Shown here: one piece after another, positions 10,557 to 19,246 of the stretch
Layout of the letters: every line of letters begins with the position of its first letter
Position numbering within the stretch: the stretch's first letter is position 1
Source of the DNA: an uncultured Bacilli bacterium
GTDB lineage: Bacteria; Bacillota_I; Bacilli_A; RF39; UBA660
DNA: 64,000 nucleotides
Assembly (NCBI GenBank): GCA_944371305.1
Contig: CALVXM010000003.1
Location: 7,115-71,114, forward strand
Direction of reading: 5' to 3'
Position numbers and translations under genes: made by a program
Notes under the pieces: model-generated
Databases searched by the model: none
Seen by the model: only the letters and a program-made list of their open reading frames with translations
What the model was told of the DNA's origin: nothing

Positions 10557-11263
10557 TCAAGCTCCTCAACTAATTTAGGATGATCATTTAACGTAATACT
10601 AGCAATTTGACCATTTTTAATTTTAATTACCTTATCAGCAATATCAGCGATAACCGCATTGTGTGTTATGATAATGGTTGTCATACCTGAACTATGACAA
10701 GTATTTTGAAGTAACTCTAATATCAATTTACCAGTTTTAGAATCTAGGGCTCCAGTTGGTTCATCACAAAGTAATAACTTAGGATTTTTAGCTAAAGCTC
10801 TAGCAATACTAACTCTTTGTTGTTCTCCTCCCGATAATTGAGCTGGAAAATGATTAATACGATCACCTAAACCAACACTTTTCAAAGTTTCTTCACTATC
10901 TTTAGGATTTTTACAAATTTGACTAGCTAAAGAAACATTTTCTAAGGCCGTTAAATTACCAACTAAATTATAAAACTGAAAAACAAAGCCAATATCATAT
11001 CTACGATAATTAGTTAATTGTTTTTTCTTATATTTTGATATATCCACACCATCGATTATAATTGAACCACTATCGGCAACATCCATACCACCTAAAATAT
11101 TTAATACCGTTGTTTTACCTGCTCCAGATGGTCCTAAAATAACAACCAATTCACCTTTTTCAATTTCAAAAGAAATATTTTCAATTGCTTTGATTGTTAC
11201 TTCACCCATTTTATAAGTTTTATTAATATTTTTTACATCAATATAAGCCATTTTATCACCCAT
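10550..11263 (-). CDS. ABC transporter ATP-binding protein (MacB/LolD-like)
   Basis: Walker [10 protein letters not shown], signature [15 protein letters not shown], Walker [13 protein letters not shown]. Confidence 0.9.
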   Translation of the reverse strand: MGDKMAYIDVKNINKTYKMGEVTIKAIENISFEIEKGELVVILGPSGAGKTTVLNILGGMDVADSGSIIIDGVDISKYKKKQLTNYRRYDIGFVFQFYNLVGNLTALENVSLASQICKNPKDSEETLKSVGLGDRINHFPAQLSGGEQQRVSIARALAKNPKLLLCDEPTGALDSKTGKLILELLQNTCHSSGMTTIIITHNAVIADIADKVIKIKNGQIASITLNDHPKLVEELEW

Positions 11264-11305
11264 TTTCTATACAAAATTATACAACTATTATAACCAAAAA
11301 ACAAG

Positions 11306-11334
11306 AAAAAAACTAAAATCGAATTCGATTTTAG
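11306..11334 (-). terminator. Terminator after the YfcC-like gene
   Basis: Perfect 22-nt palindrome CTAAAATCGAATTCGATTTTAG followed by a T-run on the minus strand. Confidence 0.55.
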
Positions 11335-11351
11335 CCATAAAATTTTTGTAA

Positions 11352-12788
11352 TTAAATCAACGCTGTTGCGATAAATGAAATTACTACTATCACACCTAAA
11401 ATAATAAGCGTAAATTTCCAAATATATTTTGCCCATTCTTTATATGGAATTTTTAAATATGATAGTCCAGCTAGTAAGAAAATACTAGTTGGCGCAATAA
11501 GCATTACAAGACCAAAAATTGATTGGAATATCAAAGCAACAACTGGAATCATATTAGAATCTAAAGTACTATAAAATGGTAGGAAATAACTAGCTAAAGC
11601 TGAAAAATCATTATAAGTAAATGATGAAACCAAAGCGCTTCCAATCGTTCCTGGCAATGAGAATTCACCAGCCTTAGTAAATTGATTTACCATCGTAAAG
11701 ACAAAATTAGCTGAAGTGTTGATAAATACTGAGAAAATAACTGATGCTAACATAGCATAAATAGCTGGAGCTAACATTTGTTTCATTCCGCTAACAAAAC
11801 CATCGATAGTATCTTTAAATTTAATACTGTAAACCCAACTGATAATTAAAGAAGCAATTATTAAAATAACAGCAATGTCATAATTACCCCAATTACCAAT
11901 TTCTGATACAGTTCCTAATAGATTTGTAAATAATGGATAACCATTTATTTCAAATTCCGTAATTGATTCATGTAAATTTGTAAAGAAATCAATATCAAAA
12001 GTATAATACCAATTATATAATCCGACAAATAATAAAATTATAGCGAATAAACCAATTACTAATAAAGGAATAATACCTTTTTTTGTTTCCTTTTTCTCAT
12101 AAAGTGGTATTTCAACTTCTTCTTTTTTAGTTTTTTTATCTTTAACATCATCTTTATCATTTTTTCTAATTAACAATATAAACAACGTTACCGTAATTAT
12201 TAATAAAATAGCTCTAACTAAAATAAGACTAGTCATACTAATATCATGACCTAATTGACTAAATACTACTTTTAAATACCCCCATACTTCTAATCCTAAA
12301 GTCGAACCGATTTGACCAACTAACAAAGCTCCAACAGTTGCAGCAAAAGCAGTAATTTTTTTAAATCCTAACTTCAATAAAATGCTAATGAAGAAAGGAA
12401 CTAGAATAAACGTAACTGTGTTCAAACCACAAATAGATGAAAGTAAAGCAAAAATTAGTGTTGTAATAATCAAAAATTTCTTACTTTTCTTAGACCATTT
12501 ATCAGTTATGCCATCAACCAATTTACCATAAGCTCCCGTTTTATTTAAAACTCCATAAAAACCTCCGATAGCTAAAAACAATATAGCATACTGAATAAAA
12601 GTGGCAACAGTTACTAAAGGGGCCCTAGCGATATCATAAAATCCAATTGGCGCAGTCGCATCCATAGAAACAAATGAACCGTTAGAGTAAACACCGGCTG
12701 GAACAACCCAACTAATTGCTACTATTACTAGAAACGATATTCCTAATACTTTTAACAAATCATACTTTTTCATTTTCTTAACCTCCAA
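11352..12788 (-). CDS. YfcC-family polytopic membrane transporter (putative anaerobic C4-dicarboxylate/basic amino acid antiporter family)
   Basis: About 12 predicted TM helices. N-terminus ...ISWVVPAGVY... resembles YfcC/DcuC-like proteins. The family call is by resemblance only. Confidence 0.5.
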   Translation of the reverse strand: MEVKKMKKYDLLKVLGISFLVIVAISWVVPAGVYSNGSFVSMDATAPIGFYDIARAPLVTVATFIQYAILFLAIGGFYGVLNKTGAYGKLVDGITDKWSKKSKKFLIITTLIFALLSSICGLNTVTFILVPFFISILLKLGFKKITAFAATVGALLVGQIGSTLGLEVWGYLKVVFSQLGHDISMTSLILVRAILLIITVTLFILLIRKNDKDDVKDKKTKKEEVEIPLYEKKETKKGIIPLLVIGLFAIILLFVGLYNWYYTFDIDFFTNLHESITEFEINGYPLFTNLLGTVSEIGNWGNYDIAVILIIASLIISWVYSIKFKDTIDGFVSGMKQMLAPAIYAMLASVIFSVFINTSANFVFTMVNQFTKAGEFSLPGTIGSALVSSFTYNDFSALASYFLPFYSTLDSNMIPVVALIFQSIFGLVMLIAPTSIFLLAGLSYLKIPYKEWAKYIWKFTLIILGVIVVISFIATALI

Positions 12789-12856
12789 AACAATTATAGC
12801 AAATATTGGAAAAATAGCAAAGTTTTTTACACAAGTTTCACAATATTTTTACAAAA

Positions 12857-12865
12857 TGTTATAAT
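12857..12865 (+). promoter_or_regulatory. Extended -10 element (TGTTATAAT) for the radical SAM gene
   Basis: TGnTATAAT lies 16 nt upstream of the ATG region. A possible -35 TTCACA sits about 17 nt upstream. Confidence 0.4.
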
Positions 12866-12880
12866 TTAATTGGTGATTTT

Positions 12881-13807
12881 ATGAAATTTAAATATTCAAA
12901 TAACAATAAAAGATATTATACCTTAGATTATTATTACAAAAATAAGTTTAATGAAAAAATTATGAAAGTAAGTTTAAATGCTGGTTTTAGTTGTCCTCAT
13001 TTAAAAACTGGAGGCTGTATTTACTGCAGTAATAAAGGAAGTGGCGAATACGCTGGTGATATTCATGATGATTTAATAACACAATTTAGAAAAGGTCAAA
13101 AAATGATGAATAAAAAATGGCCTAATGGGAAGTATATCGGCTATTTTCAAGCTAGAACTAATACCTATGCTGAAGTTGATGTCTTAAAAGAAAAATTTGA
13201 ACCGATTTTAAAAATTAAAAATGTCGTTGGACTTGCAATTGCAACTAGACCAGATTGTCTTAGTCAAGAGTGTTTAGATTATCTTGAAGATTTAAATAAA
13301 AGAACCTTCTTAACTATAGAACTAGGACTACAAACTATACATGAGAAAACATCAAAGTTAATCAATCGTGGTCATGATTTAAAATGCTTTGAAGAAGCAG
13401 TTCAAAATTTAAGAAAGAGAAATATCAATGTCGTTGTACATATTATAAATGGTCTACCATATGAAACAGAAGAAATGATGATTGAAACAGTTAAATATTT
13501 AAACAAATTAGATATTCAAGGCATTAAAATCCATATGTTACATATATTAAAAAATACCGCATTAGCGCATCTTTATGAAAAAGAAAAATTTAAATTATTA
13601 TCAAAAGAAGAATATGTTAAAATCGTCTGTGAACAATTACAATATTTAAATGAAAAAATTGTCATTCATAGATTAACTGGTGATCCTAAAATTGAAGATT
13701 TGATTTCTCCTTTTTGGTTAGTAAAAAAAGTATGTGTATTAAACGATATCGATAAATATATGGCTAAATATGACTTAGTTCAAGGAAAAAAAGTTAAAAA
13801 AAATTAA
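12881..13807 (+). CDS. Radical SAM protein, TIGR01212 (YtqA-like) family
   Basis: KVSLNAGFSCPHLKTGGCIYCS cysteine motif of the TIGR01212 family, ~300 aa. Confidence 0.8.
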   Translation: MKFKYSNNNKRYYTLDYYYKNKFNEKIMKVSLNAGFSCPHLKTGGCIYCSNKGSGEYAGDIHDDLITQFRKGQKMMNKKWPNGKYIGYFQARTNTYAEVDVLKEKFEPILKIKNVVGLAIATRPDCLSQECLDYLEDLNKRTFLTIELGLQTIHEKTSKLINRGHDLKCFEEAVQNLRKRNINVVVHIINGLPYETEEMMIETVKYLNKLDIQGIKIHMLHILKNTALAHLYEKEKFKLLSKEEYVKIVCEQLQYLNEKIVIHRLTGDPKIEDLISPFWLVKKVCVLNDIDKYMAKYDLVQGKKVKKN

Positions 13808-13812
13808 AAATT

Positions 13813-13918
13813 ATCCAATTTTCAATTTTAGAGGTCATTTTTAACCGTATGTTTACACAAAATTGAAAATTGTCCTATATAAAATTAAAAATTGGAGTAT
13901 TTTTTAATTCCAATTTTA
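13813..13918. repeat. Two nested inverted repeats built from CCAATTTT/AAAATTGG half-sites
   Basis: A 14-bp stem (CAATTTTCAATTTT ... AAAATTGAAAATTG) with a 28-nt loop. It is followed by a 9-bp stem (AAAATTGGA ... TCCAATTTT). Confidence 0.5.
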
Positions 13919-13950
13919 AAAATCGGTCATTTGAATATATTTTTCCTTTA

Positions 13951-13958
13951 TGTATAAT
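13951..13958 (+). promoter_or_regulatory. Extended -10 (TGTATAAT) promoter for the small ORF at 13979
   Basis: TGnTATAAT about 21 nt upstream of the ATG. SD GGAGG at 13967..13971. Confidence 0.45.
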
Positions 13959-13978
13959 GGTTAGTGAGGAGGAAAAAT

Positions 13979-14185
13979 ATGCAAAATTTTATGAAAAAAA
14001 AGGCTATTTTAACAGAAGAAGAAATCAATGAATTGCTATATTATTACAAACATGGAATTGAAGTTGGTAAAGAAGAAGTTCTAATCAAAGTTATAAATAA
14101 TATGGTTAATATGTCATTTGATTTAAATACAATTGCTAAAATAGTCGAAAAGAAAACAAAAAACATTAAACAATATTTAAATTAA
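13979..14185 (+). CDS. Small hypothetical protein (68 aa), possible HTH/sigma-region-4-like fold
   Basis: ATG with GGAGG SD 8 nt upstream (the track's GTG start at 13964 is less likely). LTEEEINELLYYYKHGIEVGKEEV loosely resembles sigma-70 region 4. Confidence 0.5.
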   Translation: MQNFMKKKAILTEEEINELLYYYKHGIEVGKEEVLIKVINNMVNMSFDLNTIAKIVEKKTKNIKQYLN

Positions 14186-14214
14186 AAAAACGTTTTTAAA
14201 CGTTTTTATTTTCT
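14183..14214. terminator. Bidirectional terminator between the small ORF (+) and the HerA-like gene (-)
   Basis: Self-complementary AAAAACGTTTTT/AAACGTTTTT repeats flanked by A/T runs. Confidence 0.5.
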
Positions 14215-15978
14215 TTGAACAAACCAAGCACCACTAACATCACAACTACTACTAGAAGGAGCAGGATTTGGCATATCTAATTTAATCATAACAGGCACTT
14301 TAAAAGCGTTACCAAAAGCGATGCAATTACCAGGTTGTAAAATTCGTAAACGCTTAACAATTTCATTAGTAATATTAGGAACCATCTTTCTTATGTACTC
14401 TACGTCAACTGGATGTAACATTTTAAAAATCAAAAAGTTATTACATTGTGATAATGAAGTTTCTGATAACTCACTAGGTCTTTGACTAATTAATCCTAAC
14501 ATAACGCCATATTTTCTTCCCTCTTTAGTAATTCGTTCAAAAATATTATATCCTAATAATTCTACATCATTATCATTTTGAACATATCGATGGGCTTCCT
14601 CTAAGATGATATGAAATGGCATTGTCGCCCTTTCATTCAAATCTTTGGCATAATCAAACAGTAATTTAGAGTATATTTTAGTTATACTTTTAGCTAATCT
14701 ATCATCAATATAGTTAATATTAAAATTAATTATCTGGGCTTTTCGACCATTATCAGCAGTAAGTAACTCTTTAATATATTGTTCTCTAGTTACAAAATGA
14801 TCATAATCGAAATATTGCTTTGAATCACTATTGACTAATGAATGTAATCTTACCTTTAAAACATTACTATCATCATAAACACGGTCACTATTAAGTGATC
14901 CTTCACTTATTAAAGCAAAATCAAAAGCTTTTTCTAAGTCTTCCAAATCATACATGATATCTTCATTTTTTAAATTTAAACTCAAATCATCTTGAATAAA
15001 TTTTTGAATAAAATTAGTTAATAACTCCATTTCTCTAATTTTACCAGTGGCATCAATTAATAAACATTGTTTCAATGGTCTTGTATATCCTGGTTGGAAA
15101 ATTGGCGCCTCTAAATTCAAATCTGGTGTATTGTATGTCGATAAAACTGAAAAAATCTGATCTCTAATTTGAGCTGGAGGATTACCACTTGATAAAATAT
15201 CTATTAAGGCTCTAGCTATAATATCATTTTTATATTTAATAACTTCCGCACCTTCACGAGCAAAAATATTGACTAATTTTAAGGCTTTTTCAATAATTGG
15301 TAGTTGAATTGGTCGATCGGCATTTAATAAAAGCGCTAAATCATCAACACCTAATAGCCAAGTTGGAATCCTTAAAATTTCTGAATCACTAAAATTTAAA
15401 TTAGTTGTATATGATTTAAAAGAAAGTTCTCCTGTTATTCCGCCAATATTTTTAAAAGCACTATGATATTCACCATATGCATCAAAAATAAATAAACTTG
15501 CTCGATAAGGAATATAAGTTTTACGGTCAAATATATTTTGAATCAATCTGGCCACACCACATGATTTACCAGATCCAGTTGATCCTAAAATAGCAAAATG
15601 GTTGCTGAAAAACTGATTGATATTAGCACCTATTTTAATGCCATTATAAATTGGGCTAGTTCCGATATAAATATCGGTATTTTCTCTATAGTTATCAACT
15701 CCGATAATCATCGGTATTTTTTCTTTTGATATGAGCTTAACTGTCGAACTAAATGAAGGTTTTACCATAACACCAAAAATAAACTTATCATCAATTATTT
15801 CTCCTAGTAAATTAATGTGCGCAATACCATCTTTAATATCAATTATTTCTCCTACTAATTTTCTATTACCATCATCCATTACAACATGAATGTTAATTAA
15901 ATTTTCGAATTGATTAATATCAATAGCCAATTTAAGTAATACTTCATTTTCTACAACACCAACTATATTGCCTAACAT
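14206..15978 (-). CDS. HerA-like ATPase (DUF87; FtsK/HerA superfamily), apparently monocistronic
   Basis: N-terminal HAS-barrel-like region, Walker A GSTGSGKS, Walker B/helicase-type HIILEEAHRYV, 590 aa. Own promoter region (15979..16134). The downstream gene is convergent. Confidence 0.75.
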   Translation of the reverse strand: MLGNIVGVVENEVLLKLAIDINQFENLINIHVVMDDGNRKLVGEIIDIKDGIAHINLLGEIIDDKFIFGVMVKPSFSSTVKLISKEKIPMIIGVDNYRENTDIYIGTSPIYNGIKIGANINQFFSNHFAILGSTGSGKSCGVARLIQNIFDRKTYIPYRASLFIFDAYGEYHSAFKNIGGITGELSFKSYTTNLNFSDSEILRIPTWLLGVDDLALLLNADRPIQLPIIEKALKLVNIFAREGAEVIKYKNDIIARALIDILSSGNPPAQIRDQIFSVLSTYNTPDLNLEAPIFQPGYTRPLKQCLLIDATGKIREMELLTNFIQKFIQDDLSLNLKNEDIMYDLEDLEKAFDFALISEGSLNSDRVYDDSNVLKVRLHSLVNSDSKQYFDYDHFVTREQYIKELLTADNGRKAQIINFNINYIDDRLAKSITKIYSKLLFDYAKDLNERATMPFHIILEEAHRYVQNDNDVELLGYNIFERITKEGRKYGVMLGLISQRPSELSETSLSQCNNFLIFKMLHPVDVEYIRKMVPNITNEIVKRLRILQPGNCIAFGNAFKVPVMIKLDMPNPAPSSSSCDVSGAWFVQRK

Positions 15979-16102
15979 GTTATCCCTCCTAATTATATTA
16001 ATTATACAATTTTTTTATAAAAAAATAAATAGCTATCAAGGAAGATTTCAAATTATTTAATTTATTTTAAGATGAATGCCCTACTACTTTAATATATAAA
16101 AC

Positions 16103-16127
16103 AAAAAAAGGTCATTTTTCAATGACC
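16103..16127 (-). terminator. Terminator of the surface protein gene
   Basis: GGTCATT-tttc-AATGACC hairpin with an A-run on the plus strand (T-run on the minus strand). Confidence 0.5.
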
Positions 16128-16134
16128 AATTTTG

Positions 16135-17907
16135 TTAAGCTCTTTTTTTATTTTTTACTAAGAATCCAAAACCAACTAGTGAAATCAAGCCTAAAGCTAT
16201 GTATAAAACTACGTTATCACCAGTATCTGGACTTGTAACACCACTCATATCCTCAACGTCAACATAAGTTAAAGCATAAGTTGAAAATTTATCTGAATTA
16301 AATGTTAGATAACTTCCATCTTCTGATAACTTAGCATCAATTAATTCTACCTTTCCATTATGTTCTCTTATAACATAATATTTTCTAACTAAACCTTCTT
16401 TTACAGGTTCTAAATTAGATGGCAACTTAATTGATAATTCTATCGCATCTGACAACTCAGGAATAGTAGTTAAAGTATCTCCAGCATCATTTTTTAATAA
16501 GATCGAAATATCAAAATATCCTAAAATTTTACCATCTACTTTTTCATCAGCTAATAATTGATTAATCTTATTAGCAACTTCTTCTTCTGGTTCAATTGCA
16601 TTCATTTCGATAGTAGTACTTACAGTTACTCCATTAGCAACATAATCTAAAGCTATTTCATTTGTTTTTAAAGTATTTTGTAATACTTCATTAATTTTAT
16701 CAACATTAGTAATACCAATAATTGGTTCAGTTACATCTTCACTTGGATCGATAACAGGTAAATCTTCAACTTTAGACATATAATTAATTTCTACGTTTTC
16801 TTTACTAGCATCAATCATACTAACCAAACCAGAATCAGTTACTTTTGGAGCTGATGCAATATTTATTACAACTTTAGCTTTTTCTGATCCTTCGATTCCT
16901 TTAGCATAAGTTTCTAAAGCAGCTTCACCACTAAATTTTTCTTGAAATTTTTCTTTATCAACAAATTGAAATCCAGCATAAATATTATTATAATTTACAC
17001 CATCTTCTAAATTGAATTCTAGTGATCCGGCTTGGCCATAATCGATATCGCCAAATCTCCAACCAGACCAACCATTAGTTCCATCATATGTTTCACTTTT
17101 AGCATAGTAAGATCCAGCGTAGATGTCACCAATCGTCGTATTTCCTTTAGCATTTATCTTCATAGATCCAACCATAGCTCTTAATCCACCATGAATTGTA
17201 GCAATATTAGAATTGTCGATATTAGCAACAAAACTATCAACGACACCATTTGTTCCTACTCCAAGTGAACCAGTTAAAGCAGAATTATTTTCCACAGTTG
17301 AATTAGAAATATTTATAACTACATCCTTAATACTAGTGTACGAAGATAAAGCATAAATACGATCACTTACAGTTGCATTATCAATATCAATATTTAATTT
17401 ATCAACAGAATAGAAATCAGTACCATAATAATCTGAAGTCAAAACTGTATCAAGTGTTGATGAGTAAGCTAATGATATACCAGCAACTTCATTAACTGTT
17501 CCACCATTGATATCGACATTTACTTCTTTGACATAAATTTTATCATAATTAGTATAACCACCATTAACAACCACATTACCACCGACAATAATGTTTACTT
17601 TACCACTATTCATCGTAACTGAAGTAGAATCTAAATCAATAGTTGTTTTACTATCAACGTAAGGATTAAAATAACCACCAGCAACAATAGTTTGATCATT
17701 AACTGCAATTCCAGTATCATTTCCATCCCAAGTTACATAAGTTGTACCCTCCCTTTCTTCAATAACAATAGCAGTACCATTAGCCGCTAAAAGATTTTTC
17801 TCAGCATCATAGACTGGTGTAGAGCTAGAAGTTATTTCTAAAGCGTTAGCTACCGCTGGGATTAAAGCTACCAACATTACTGCAAAAAGCTTTACTATTT
17901 TTTTCAT
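16135..17907 (-). CDS. Cell-wall-anchored surface protein, likely sortase B substrate
   Basis: Signal peptide MKKIVKLFAVMLVALIPAVANA. The C-terminus carries SPDTG followed by a hydrophobic stretch and KNKKRA, the (S/P)PXTG-type sorting signal class known for class B sortases in clostridia. Central region is rich in G/N/T/V repeats. Confidence 0.75.
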   Translation of the reverse strand: MKKIVKLFAVMLVALIPAVANALEITSSSTPVYDAEKNLLAANGTAIVIEEREGTTYVTWDGNDTGIAVNDQTIVAGGYFNPYVDSKTTIDLDSTSVTMNSGKVNIIVGGNVVVNGGYTNYDKIYVKEVNVDINGGTVNEVAGISLAYSSTLDTVLTSDYYGTDFYSVDKLNIDIDNATVSDRIYALSSYTSIKDVVINISNSTVENNSALTGSLGVGTNGVVDSFVANIDNSNIATIHGGLRAMVGSMKINAKGNTTIGDIYAGSYYAKSETYDGTNGWSGWRFGDIDYGQAGSLEFNLEDGVNYNNIYAGFQFVDKEKFQEKFSGEAALETYAKGIEGSEKAKVVINIASAPKVTDSGLVSMIDASKENVEINYMSKVEDLPVIDPSEDVTEPIIGITNVDKINEVLQNTLKTNEIALDYVANGVTVSTTIEMNAIEPEEEVANKINQLLADEKVDGKILGYFDISILLKNDAGDTLTTIPELSDAIELSIKLPSNLEPVKEGLVRKYYVIREHNGKVELIDAKLSEDGSYLTFNSDKFSTYALTYVDVEDMSGVTSPDTGDNVVLYIALGLISLVGFGFLVKNKKRA

Positions 17908-18050
17908 AATTTATCCCTCCTAAAATAGTTTATACCTCGAATTACCGAAGTAGCTTACGAATTTATTATATCAGATGTGTAAAAAATCGTAAACATAAAA
18001 ATGCAAATGTGTACACCTACTATACGTTTTATAAAATTAGTTAAAATATA

Positions 18051-18059
18051 TGATATAAT
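18051..18059 (+). promoter_or_regulatory. Extended -10 (TGATATAAT) for the sortase gene
   Basis: TGnTATAAT 24 nt upstream of the sortase ATG. Confidence 0.4.
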
Positions 18060-18082
18060 GTGTGATGAAGGATTGAAATAAT

Positions 18083-18895
18083 ATGAAAAGAAAAATAAAG
18101 AAAAAAGTTTGGATTTTTTGTTTTATAGGTATTGCTTTTGTGACAGCATTTTGTTTATTTAATTTATTATTATGGCATTTTGAAAATAAAAAGTCAGAAA
18201 AATTAAATAATGAAATTCTAGATAATGTCATTGTTGATGAAATCAAAGATGATGGTGAGGCTTTAATCGATAATAATATTGAAGAAGATATATATCGCAA
18301 ATATTTTGATGTATCATTAATCGATGTTGATTTAAATGAATTAAAAAGTCAAAATAATGATTCAATCGGTTGGATTCAAGTAATGGGTACCACTATCAAT
18401 TACCCAGTTGTTCAAAGTTCTGATAATGAACATTATCTAACACATGATTTTTTAAATGAACCTAATAATGGCGGTTGGATTTTCTTAGATTATCGTAATG
18501 ATATTAATAATTTAGAATATAATACTATTATTTATGGTCATCGAAGATTTAATACTGATGTTATGTTTGGAAGTTTGAGAAATACCTTGGACGAAGATTG
18601 GTTTAACAATTATAATAATCATATTATCAAAATATCAGCAACTGGCTTTAGTTACGTCTTTCAGATATTTAGTGCCTATATAACTACCAATGAAAACTCT
18701 TATTTACAAACGGATTTTGCTACTAAAAGTGAATATGAAGAATTTTTAAAAATGATTCAAGAAAGAAGTAAATTTGATTTTGAAACTGAATTAAATGGTG
18801 ATGATAAAATCATTACCCTATCTACTTGTCATAATACTGATGATCGATTAGTAGTACACGGTAAATTAATTAAACAAGTTGAAAAAACAAATTAA
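18083..18895 (+). CDS. srtB: Class B sortase
   Basis: N-terminal TM anchor. Motifs YPVVQ...NEHYLTHD, catalytic-region TLSTCHNT (TLxTC), conserved His in IIYGHR, 270 aa. Confidence 0.85.
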   Translation: MKRKIKKKVWIFCFIGIAFVTAFCLFNLLLWHFENKKSEKLNNEILDNVIVDEIKDDGEALIDNNIEEDIYRKYFDVSLIDVDLNELKSQNNDSIGWIQVMGTTINYPVVQSSDNEHYLTHDFLNEPNNGGWIFLDYRNDINNLEYNTIIYGHRRFNTDVMFGSLRNTLDEDWFNNYNNHIIKISATGFSYVFQIFSAYITTNENSYLQTDFATKSEYEEFLKMIQERSKFDFETELNGDDKIITLSTCHNTDDRLVVHGKLIKQVEKTN

Positions 18896-19191
18896 AAAAC
18901 CAAAATAAATTTTATTTTGGTTTTTAGTTTACCGTAATTCATAGGGTGATTAGGTAGTCCATTTACGATGGTAAAAGTTAAAACCGATGAGCATGCCTTT
19001 GGATATATAACTGTGCGTACATCGTCAGCAGTTGAAACATAATTGATATTAAGTAAACCATAACTAAAGAGACTGGGGACGTCATAAGAATTATATATAT
19101 TTATTGTCAAATAATATCTTGTAGCAATTGGCTTTTTTATTGTATCTAAATCGACAAATTTTTTGTACATGAAGTATATCATTTCTACCAA
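18892..19191 (-). CDS. Hypothetical 99-aa ORF (uncertain)
   Basis: ORF lies 55 nt downstream of the dipeptidase gene. Its 3' end is encoded by the terminator hairpin. No clear SD. Confidence 0.25.
   Translation of the reverse strand: MVEMIYFMYKKFVDLDTIKKPIATRYYLTINIYNSYDVPSLFSYGLLNINYVSTADDVRTVIYPKACSSVLTFTIVNGLPNHPMNYGKLKTKIKFILVF
18894..18925. terminator. Terminator after srtB (possibly bidirectional)
   Basis: AAAAAACCAAAATAAA / TTTATTTTGGTTTTT perfect inverted repeat with flanking T-run. Confidence 0.6.
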
Positions 19192-19246
19192 ACATCTTCC
19201 CTACTGTTAAAAACAAGATTTTATGAAAAATTAGTTATTTAATATT

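Noticed and set aside
11233-11436. 67-aa minus-strand ORF bridging the ABC ATPase start and YfcC-like gene end
   Set aside because: Overlaps the terminator palindrome and both neighbouring genes. No SD. Hydrophobic nonsense-like sequence.
18037-18300. 87-aa ORF antisense to the sortase gene start
   Set aside because: Fully antisense to the srtB N-terminus and promoter. Composition-driven.
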